This document shows, one piece after another, positions 25,229 to 32,000 of a stretch of DNA of 32,000 bases. The notes beneath the pieces are model-generated. The model saw only the letters and a program-made list of their open reading frames with translations. It was not told where the DNA came from and searched no databases. Source of the stretch: Azomonas macrocytogenes (GTDB taxonomy: Bacteria; Pseudomonadota; Gammaproteobacteria; Pseudomonadales; Pseudomonadaceae); NCBI RefSeq assembly GCF_014191985.1, contig NZ_JACHXI010000019.1, forward strand, positions 1 through 32,000, in the 5' to 3' direction. Positions within the stretch are counted from its first letter, which is position 1, and each line of letters opens with the position of its first letter. Both the position numbers and the translations under genes were made by a program.

Positions 25229-27886
25229 ATGCGTACAGAACAACCGAAAGTCATCCATCTCAAGGACTACCAGGCGCCCGAGTATCTGATCGATGAAACC
25301 CATCTGACCTTCGAGTTGTACGAGGATCGCACTCTGGTGCATGCCCGCCTGGCACTACGGCGCAACCTCGAGCGCGACCAGAGCCTGCCGCCTCTGGTGC
25401 TACACGGCCAGGAGCTGGAACTGCTGGCACTGGCGCTGGATGGTCGCCAGCTTGGTCCGAAGGAGTATCAGTTGGATGAGAACCAACTGAGCCTGCAACC
25501 GGACAGTCCGGCTTTTTCCCTGGAAACCACTGTCTGCATCCATCCAGAAAGCAATACCGCGCTGGAAGGGCTGTACAAGTCCGGCAAGATGTTCTGCACC
25601 CAGTGCGAGGCTGAGGGATTTCGCAAGATCACCTACTATCTTGATCGTCCCGATGTGATGAGCGTTTTCACGACCACCGTAAAGGCCGATAAGAAGCGTT
25701 ATCCGATCCTGCTTTCCAACGGTAACCCGGTAGCCAGTGGTACGGAAGGAGATGACCGGCACTGGGCTACCTGGAACGATCCTTTCAAGAAACCGGCCTA
25801 CCTGTTCGCGTTGGTAGCGGGTGATTTGAAGAGCGTCGAGGATAGCTTTACCACGATGAACGACCGCGAAGTCGCGCTGCGCATCTATGTCGAGCCGGAA
25901 AATATCGATAAGTGCCAGCACGCGCTGGACAGCCTGAAGCGCTCCATGCGCTGGGACGAGCAGGTCTATGGCCGTGAGTACGATCTGGATATCTTCATGA
26001 TCGTTGCGGTCAGCGACTTCAACATGGGGGCCATGGAGAACAAGGGCCTTAACATCTTCAACTCCGGTGCCGTGCTGGCGCGTGCCGAAACGGCTACCGA
26101 TGCCGCGCACCAGCGGGTCGAGGCAATCGTTGCCCATGAGTATTTTCACAACTGGTCGGGCAACCGCGTGACTTGCCGCGACTGGTTCCAGTTGTCGCTG
26201 AAGGAAGGTTTTACCGTATTCCGTGATGCCGGTTTCTCTGCCGACATGAACTCGGCCACGGTCAAGCGCATCGAGGACGTAGCCTATCTGCGCACGCACC
26301 AGTTCGCTGAAGATGCCGGGCCGATGGCGCATCCGATCCGGCCGGATTCCTTTATCGAGATTTCCAACTTCTACACGCTGACTATCTACGAAAAAGGCTC
26401 GGAAGTGGTCGGCATGCTCCGTACGCTGCTGGGTGCCGAGGGCTTTCGCCAGGGCACCGACTTGTATTTCGCGCGTCATGACGGCCAAGCCGTGACGTGT
26501 GACGACTTCGTCAAGGCAATGGAAGAGGCCAACCAGGTCGATCTGACCCAGTTCAAGCGCTGGTACAGCCAGGCCGGCACGCCGCATCTGGCAGTCAGCG
26601 AGCATTTCGATGCCGGTGCCCGGACCTATTCATTGACTTTCCACCAGAGCTGTCCACCCACACCGGGCCAGAAACACAAGGAACCTTTCGTGATTCCGAT
26701 TGCCTTGGGCCTGCTGGACCAGAATGGACAGGAATTGCCATTACGCCTGCAGGGTGAACAGACAGTGGGCAGCAGCAGCCGGGTGCTTTCCGTCACCCAG
26801 GCCAAGCAGACGTTCACCTTTGCCGGTATGACGCACAAGCCACTGCCGTCCTTGCTGCGCGGTTTTTCCGCACCGGTCAAGTTGGAGTTTCCCTACGAGC
26901 GCGATCAGCTGATGTTTCTGATGCAGCATGATTCGGACGGGTTCAATCGCTGGGAGGCTGGCCAGCGCCTGGCAGTACAGGCTCTGCATGATTTGATCGC
27001 TCAATATCACTGCAATGAAACGCTGGTGATCGACCAGCGCCTGCTCACGGCGTTGCGCAGCCTGTTGGAAAACGACAGTCTCGATCAAGCCATGGTGGCG
27101 GAGATGCTTTCGCTGCCGAGCGAGGCCTATCTGGCCGAGATCAGCGAAACGGCCGATGTCGAGGCCATCCATGTTGCCCGCGAATTCGCCCGCAAAGCCA
27201 TTGCCCAAACCCTGTTCGAACCGCTCTGGCAACGCTATCAGGCCAACCGTGAGGTATCGCGCAGCACGCCTTACGTGGCTCATGCCGAGCACTTCGCCCG
27301 CCGCGCCCTGCAGAATATCGCCTTGGCTTACCTGATGCTGAGCGAGAAAGCCGAGGTGCTGGCAGCTTGCCTGGAGCAATTCGAGCAGGCGGACAATATG
27401 ACCGAGCGACTCACGGCATTGGTCGTGCTGGTGCATTCGCCGTTCGAAGAGGAAAAAGCCACGGCACTGGCCTGGTTTGCCGAGCGGTTCGCCAACGATC
27501 CGCTGGTGATGGACCAATGGTTCGGCGTGCAGGCTGGTTGTCCGCTGCCGGGCGGCCTGGAGCGCGTCCAGCACCTGATGCAGCATCCGGCGTTCACCAT
27601 CAAGAATCCGAACAAGGTCCGGGCGCTGATCGGGGCTTTCGCCAACCAGAACCATGTCAACTTCCATCGCCGGGATGGTGCGGGTTACCGCTTCCTGGCC
27701 GATCAAGTAATCATGCTCAATGCGCTCAATCCGCAGATTGCTTCACGCCAGCTATCGCCGCTGACGCGCTGGCGCAAGTTCGACCAGGCGCGCCAGGTGC
27801 TGATGAAAGGAGAACTGGAACGCATTCTGGCTTCGGGCGAGTTGTCCAGCGATGTCTACGAGGTGGTCAGCAAAAGCCTGGCTTGA
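25229..27886 (+). CDS. pepN: Aminopeptidase N (M1 family)
   Basis: 885 aa with the GAMEN exopeptidase motif (GAMENKGLNIFN), zinc-binding HEYFH (HExxH) plus the downstream LKEGFT Glu, and the ERAP-like C-terminal domain. Confidence 0.97.
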   Translation: MRTEQPKVIHLKDYQAPEYLIDETHLTFELYEDRTLVHARLALRRNLERDQSLPPLVLHGQELELLALALDGRQLGPKEYQLDENQLSLQPDSPAFSLETTVCIHPESNTALEGLYKSGKMFCTQCEAEGFRKITYYLDRPDVMSVFTTTVKADKKRYPILLSNGNPVASGTEGDDRHWATWNDPFKKPAYLFALVAGDLKSVEDSFTTMNDREVALRIYVEPENIDKCQHALDSLKRSMRWDEQVYGREYDLDIFMIVAVSDFNMGAMENKGLNIFNSGAVLARAETATDAAHQRVEAIVAHEYFHNWSGNRVTCRDWFQLSLKEGFTVFRDAGFSADMNSATVKRIEDVAYLRTHQFAEDAGPMAHPIRPDSFIEISNFYTLTIYEKGSEVVGMLRTLLGAEGFRQGTDLYFARHDGQAVTCDDFVKAMEEANQVDLTQFKRWYSQAGTPHLAVSEHFDAGARTYSLTFHQSCPPTPGQKHKEPFVIPIALGLLDQNGQELPLRLQGEQTVGSSSRVLSVTQAKQTFTFAGMTHKPLPSLLRGFSAPVKLEFPYERDQLMFLMQHDSDGFNRWEAGQRLAVQALHDLIAQYHCNETLVIDQRLLTALRSLLENDSLDQAMVAEMLSLPSEAYLAEISETADVEAIHVAREFARKAIAQTLFEPLWQRYQANREVSRSTPYVAHAEHFARRALQNIALAYLMLSEKAEVLAACLEQFEQADNMTERLTALVVLVHSPFEEEKATALAWFAERFANDPLVMDQWFGVQAGCPLPGGLERVQHLMQHPAFTIKNPNKVRALIGAFANQNHVNFHRRDGAGYRFLADQVIMLNALNPQIASRQLSPLTRWRKFDQARQVLMKGELERILASGELSSDVYEVVSKSLA

Positions 27887-27894
27887 GCCAGGCT
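27875..27894. terminator. Hairpin between convergent pepN and batD-like genes (AGCCTGGCT-TG-AGCCAGGCT)
   Basis: Perfect 9-nt inverted repeat that includes the pepN TGA (27884-27886) and ends next to the batD-like stop (27895-27897). There is no U-tract on either side, so it is at best a weak bidirectional terminator. Confidence 0.35.
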
Positions 27895-29529
27895 TCAGCG
27901 TGGATAGAGCGGCGGCAAGGTGGGTTGTTCCAGCTCATCCTTGCCTTGGTCCGCTGCTGGCAGGGTATTGATTGCCTGCCAGAGCGCTTCACCTTGCCAG
28001 TGGCCGGCTTCGCTATCGCTGTACAGTGCTCCATTGAGCTCGTCCAGGGCATCGGACAACGGCACGAAACGGGCCGCGATCTCCGCTAGCGTTTCCGGTT
28101 GTTGGCGGGCCCAGGCGTCGAGTGCCTGGCGCGTGGCTTGAGTATCGTTGGCCTGGCAGGCGCGCCGCAGGTCTTCCATCAGGCTGCGTGGGCTCGGCCC
28201 GGCAGTCGCGGCGCGCAAGATCGCCGGTTGACGCCGGGCGCGCAGCCAGAGGCCGAAGCCAAGCAGCGTCGTGCAGGCCAGTACGGCGCTGCTCGCCTGC
28301 CAGGGCCAGAGCGGCTGGATGGGATGGATTTCCTGAGGGGACACCACGATAGTGGATTTTTCCTGGGCAAGGTCGGGGTTGGCTGCCACCTGTGACGTGC
28401 GGCCGGGCAGGCTGGTTTTTTCCAGGCGATTTTCCTGCGTGTTCCACCAGATGATCTCGATATCGGGTAGGGACAGGGCTTCTTCCTGGGTCGGCACCAG
28501 TGCTTCGCTTTGCTCGCGAGTGCCGATCAGGCCGGAGGTGCCGATTTCATTGGCCAGTACGGGCTGATCCGGGTAGCTGCGCAGGTTGGCCGAGTGAGTC
28601 TGTGGTATGGGCGGCAGTTGCGCGGCGGAAAGCCCCTCGGCTTTGAGCATCAGGCTGCGGGTTATCGATTCACCGACCCTGGCGGTTTTTTCCTGCGGGC
28701 TCCAGACCTCGTTCAAACTCAGGGAAGCTGCTGGAATCCAGGGTGCGTCGGGCGGATACTCGGCTGGTTTGGGCAGCACACTCAAAGGCATGCCGGCTGA
28801 CTTGACCTGGATGGGACGGCCTCGATAGCCAGTGAGTGGTGATTGGTCCGCATCGTTCGGGGCAACGCTGGTAGCGCTGAAGGTCTGGCCCGGTACGGTC
28901 AGCTCACCACTGTGCTGGGGAAAGACCGCGTAACGTACTTCGATCACGCCATGGCGGATACCGTTGAGGGTTGTTTCGTAGGTGCGTGGTTCACCCAGGC
29001 GTTCGACATGGGCATCGTCCATTTGCAAGGCGGACAGGGTGCTGTCGTCGTACAGGGACACGGAATGATAGATGCGCAGGGTCAGGATCGCCTGGGCCTG
29101 CACATAGACCCGGGCATGATCGAGGCTGGCATCGATGAAGACCGGGGCCAGTTGTGCAGCCTGGCCGGCTGGCCGGGCCCGGACGTGCAAGGTGATCGGT
29201 TCGCTGTGCAGCGTACCGAGCTTCAGGGCCGGGATCTGCTGGATTCCAGCCTGCCGTGGCTGCAGGGTGACGATCCAGCGGGTGATGGCGCGGGTTTGCC
29301 CGCCGGTACTGGAAAGCATGTTGATCTGCCGGGATGAACCGACCAGGAACTGCTTGTTCAGCGGGTCCAGATCGGGTTTGCCGAACGTGGTACCGTCACT
29401 CGCTTCCAGGGTCAGCTCCAAGGTTTCGTTCTGGCTCAGGTCGGTACGGTCGACCCGGCTCGTCAAGCCGGCTGCGCTGGCCTGCCAGGCCAGGGCGCCA
29501 AGCAGAATGACCAGCATCGAATGCTTCAT
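27895..29529 (-). CDS. BatD-like protein (aerotolerance-operon family; secreted N-terminal domain, C-terminal TM anchor)
   Basis: 544 aa with a signal peptide (MKHSMLVILLGALAWQASA), a long beta-rich region and a TM helix near residue 410 (AVLACTTLLGFGLWL). The start overlaps the upstream stop (ATGA), and it is last in the vWA-vWA/TPR-BatD order. Confidence 0.75.
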   Translation of the reverse strand: MKHSMLVILLGALAWQASAAGLTSRVDRTDLSQNETLELTLEASDGTTFGKPDLDPLNKQFLVGSSRQINMLSSTGGQTRAITRWIVTLQPRQAGIQQIPALKLGTLHSEPITLHVRARPAGQAAQLAPVFIDASLDHARVYVQAQAILTLRIYHSVSLYDDSTLSALQMDDAHVERLGEPRTYETTLNGIRHGVIEVRYAVFPQHSGELTVPGQTFSATSVAPNDADQSPLTGYRGRPIQVKSAGMPLSVLPKPAEYPPDAPWIPAASLSLNEVWSPQEKTARVGESITRSLMLKAEGLSAAQLPPIPQTHSANLRSYPDQPVLANEIGTSGLIGTREQSEALVPTQEEALSLPDIEIIWWNTQENRLEKTSLPGRTSQVAANPDLAQEKSTIVVSPQEIHPIQPLWPWQASSAVLACTTLLGFGLWLRARRQPAILRAATAGPSPRSLMEDLRRACQANDTQATRQALDAWARQQPETLAEIAARFVPLSDALDELNGALYSDSEAGHWQGEALWQAINTLPAADQGKDELEQPTLPPLYPR

Positions 29530-31244
29530 GGCTTCACTTCCTGCTGCCTGCGTTGTTCGTAGAGAAATTTCCTTCTCAGCAGCTCGCCGGGATCATCGCT
29601 GATCTGTCGTAGCCATTGCTCCAGCTCCTGCTGGCCTTCGGTAATTTCCAGGCGATAGTCTGCTTGGCGATTGGCTGCTGCGCCGCTAACGGATTTCTTC
29701 TGGGCGAAGGGGTCCGTGCCAGTCGCTGGTCTGTTGGCTTGCTGCACGTCGCGTTCGTCAGTTTCGTTCGCTGATGATGGCTTCTGGGAGCGTTCCGGCA
29801 AGTTTGCTTGGGCAGAAGAAGAGAGCGCTTGCTCGTCGCTTCTGGATTCGGGTGATTGATTGGTGGTGTCCGATTCGGCTTGCTGGCGTTGTTTGAGCAG
29901 TGCTTCGACCAAGGCCCGGTTGTGCTGCGCCTCGGCCAGTTCGGGCTGTAGTGCCAGGGCGCGGTCATAGGCTTCGAGTGCGGCTTCCAATTGTTTGTCC
30001 ATGGCCAGCGCATTGCCGCGATTGTAATGGGCCGGTGCGCTGTTTTCCTGGCTGAAACGTTCGGCGGCGCCCTTGTAGTCGCCTGCCCGATACAGTGCCA
30101 GACCTTGCCACTGGCGATCTTCAAAGCGCCTGGCCGCTTGCGCTGGACGCTGCTCTTCGAGCAGCCGCAAGCCTTGTTGGTCCGGGCGCAGCCAGAGCTT
30201 TTGCCAGTCGGCGGCCTGAGCGGGTTCGCCAGGTAGCAAGAGTAGCGGCAGGCAGAACAGCCAACCGCGCCGGCCGGCGCTGGCGGCCAATAGCAACAGC
30301 GGCAGCAACAGCCAGTAACCTTGATCGACCCAGGCGCGCAGCGAAATGGTTTCCGCCGATTCGCCAATGCCACCATTTGCCGCGAGCAGACCGAGCCCGG
30401 CCAGGTCGCTATTGTCTAGGGTTGCCGTCCGGTAGCTTCCATTCGATTCGCTGGCGAGCTGGGCGAGGGCTTTGTCGTCCAGCCGGGGAATCAGGATCGA
30501 ACCCTGTTCGTCGCGCAGGTAGCTGCCATCTTCCTTGAGAATAGGTGCGCCTTCTGTAGTGCCGATACCGAGAAGTGCCAGTTGTCCGCTAAAGTTCAGC
30601 AATTGTTTGTGGATGCTTTGTCGTTCGTTTTCATCCAGCGTACTGCCCACGAGTAGCAGCCGGCCCCGGCCTGCGCCGCCTTGCTGCAATAGAGCAAGTC
30701 CCCGGGCTACGGCCAGATCGGCGCGATGACCGGTTTCCGGCATGAGTGAAGGTTTCAGTACTTTCAACAGGTTGTCGATGGTAGCCAGATCATCCGACAG
30801 GGGAACCAGTACATGGGCGCTACCGGCGAAGACGACGATGGCTGTCTGGACATCCCGGCGTGTCTGTAGCAGATCGATCAGCTTGCGCTTGGCCTGTTCG
30901 AGGCGATTGGGTAGTACGTCTTCGGCAAGCATCGCCGGCGTCATTTCCAGTAGCACGATCAGTGGGTCGACACGCTTCAGGCTGGGTTGCTCCAGGCGCT
31001 GCCACGAGGGACCGAGCAGGGCCAGGAGCGCCAGTAGCCAGGTCAGCCCCAGCACGACCCAGGGCAGCCGGGTTCCACGTAGACGGCCCCGCGTCAGCAG
31101 AACGGCCTGGAAGCTCGGTGGCAGCAAGCGTTGCCAGTGGCCGGTGTTGCGTTGGCGGTGCCAGAGCCGCCAGAGCAGCCAGATCGGCAGCGGAAGCAGC
31201 AGCAACCACCAGGGGCGCAGGAGATGCGGCCAGATATCCCCCAT
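29526..31244 (-). CDS. vWA-domain plus TPR protein (BatB-like)
   Basis: 572 aa with two N-terminal TM helices, a vWA-like domain, a third TM segment, TPR repeats (YNRGNALAMDKQLEAALEAYDRALALQPELAEAQHNRAL), an acidic low-complexity tail and the conserved end DDPGELLRRKFLYEQ. Confidence 0.8.
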   Translation of the reverse strand: MGDIWPHLLRPWWLLLLPLPIWLLWRLWHRQRNTGHWQRLLPPSFQAVLLTRGRLRGTRLPWVVLGLTWLLALLALLGPSWQRLEQPSLKRVDPLIVLLEMTPAMLAEDVLPNRLEQAKRKLIDLLQTRRDVQTAIVVFAGSAHVLVPLSDDLATIDNLLKVLKPSLMPETGHRADLAVARGLALLQQGGAGRGRLLLVGSTLDENERQSIHKQLLNFSGQLALLGIGTTEGAPILKEDGSYLRDEQGSILIPRLDDKALAQLASESNGSYRTATLDNSDLAGLGLLAANGGIGESAETISLRAWVDQGYWLLLPLLLLAASAGRRGWLFCLPLLLLPGEPAQAADWQKLWLRPDQQGLRLLEEQRPAQAARRFEDRQWQGLALYRAGDYKGAAERFSQENSAPAHYNRGNALAMDKQLEAALEAYDRALALQPELAEAQHNRALVEALLKQRQQAESDTTNQSPESRSDEQALSSSAQANLPERSQKPSSANETDERDVQQANRPATGTDPFAQKKSVSGAAANRQADYRLEITEGQQELEQWLRQISDDPGELLRRKFLYEQRRQQEVKP

Positions 31245-31246
31245 GG

Positions 31247-32000
31247 TTAGTGCTCCCAGCGCCGCATGAACCGCTGTAGCGGTCGCTGCCAGAGTCGCGC
31301 CATGGTCAGTGCCAGGCTGGCGAGCAAGGCTGCGGATAACGGCCAGACGTACAACTGTTCGGCAACATGAGTGAGCTCGGGTTTTTGCGCGGCCGGTTCG
31401 AGGCGGTCGAGGGTTTTGCCGATGGCTTGCAGTTCGTCGCTGGAAGAGGCATGGAAATAGCGGCCACCCGTCTGCTCGGCGATGGCGCGCAGCAGGTTTT
31501 CGTCCAGTTCGATGGACTGGGTGTAGTCATAGAGCCCGAGATTTCTGGCCTGATTCGGTTCTGCGCCTATGCCAATTGTATAGATTTTCACCTTTTCTCC
31601 AGCTGCGAGCCGGGCCGCTACCAGTGGTTCAAGCTCGCCACCGTTGCTGGCACCATCGGTAATCAGAACCAGCACGCGGTTTTCGGCCAGGCGTTCGCGT
31701 AGGCGCTTCAGGGCCAGGCCGATGGCATCGCCAATGGCGGTATTGTTACCGGCGATGCCGATCAGGGCCTCGTCCAGCCAGGTTCGTACGGTGATGCGGT
31801 CGAATGTCAGGGGCGCTTGCAGATAGGCCTGGCTACCAAACAGGATCAGGCCCACGCGATCACCGTAGCGCTGTTCGATGAAATCGCCGAACAGATGCTT
31901 GACCAGTTCCAGGCGGGTCGTTTCGTAGCCTTGCCAGCTCATGTCGGGATAATCCATGGAGCCGGAAACGTCCACTGCCAGCAGCAGATCACGGCCACTG
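31247..32000 (-). CDS. vWA-domain membrane protein (BatA-like), 5' end outside the window
   Basis: The frame stays open to the window edge (SGRDLLLAVDVSGSM). It has an intact MIDAS DxSxS motif (DVSGS), a vWA fold with GNNTAIGDAIG and LITDGASN, and a C-terminal TM helix. Confidence 0.8.
   Translation of the reverse strand, partial: SGRDLLLAVDVSGSMDYPDMSWQGYETTRLELVKHLFGDFIEQRYGDRVGLILFGSQAYLQAPLTFDRITVRTWLDEALIGIAGNNTAIGDAIGLALKRLRERLAENRVLVLITDGASNGGELEPLVAARLAAGEKVKIYTIGIGAEPNQARNLGLYDYTQSIELDENLLRAIAEQTGGRYFHASSSDELQAIGKTLDRLEPAAQKPELTHVAEQLYVWPLSAALLASLALTMARLWQRPLQRFMRRWEH

Noticed and set aside
1-32000. Searched by eye for CRISPR repeats, tRNA/rRNA signatures, IS inverted repeats, integrase or transposase genes, direct repeats flanking the hopanoid island, toxin-antitoxin pairs and known defence-system genes.
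   Set aside because: None was recognised. The island hypothesis therefore rests only on composition and phylogenetic expectation, not on mobility genes. Flanking direct repeats cannot be excluded without a computational repeat search.

Overview
GC-rich (about 60% G+C by eye, not computed), densely coding gammaproteobacterial chromosome segment. I found no rRNA, tRNA, CRISPR array, IS element, integrase or transposase. There are three blocks. (1) 304-17022 is a contiguous 14-gene hopanoid biosynthesis and export island: idi-hpnH-hpnB on the minus strand; hpnI-hpnJ-hpnK-hpnL plus an unnamed di-iron ORF on the plus strand; hpnA on the minus strand; sqs-shc-hpnG and the RND exporter hpnN on the plus strand. 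Many gene junctions overlap (TAATG, ATGA, TTGA, GTGA). (2) 17023-21676 holds an AT-rich spacer with a candidate 28-codon acidic micro-ORF, a membrane-anchored nitrilase-superfamily-like protein, a coiled-coil/Cys-rich hypothetical placed directly upstream of an ACC-deaminase/D-cysteine-desulfhydrase-family PLP enzyme, and a DUF1853 protein. (3) 21767-32000 is a housekeeping block whose order and sequences look Pseudomonas-like from memory: nadK, a PPP-type metallophosphoesterase, a rhomboid protease, YeaC/DUF1315, a decayed DUF2797 remnant, pepN, and convergent batD/batB/batA-like genes, the last cut by the window edge. The best candidate for new biology is the ferritin-like di-iron ORF (8107-9000) inside the hpnIJKL operon, which matches no named Hpn protein I know and could be an O2-dependent hopanoid tailoring enzyme. 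Next are the hopanoid island itself, in a lineage where shc is uncommon, and the uncharacterised coiled-coil/PLP gene pair. All functional calls rest on motifs read from the translations and on recollection of the families; no database search was possible.
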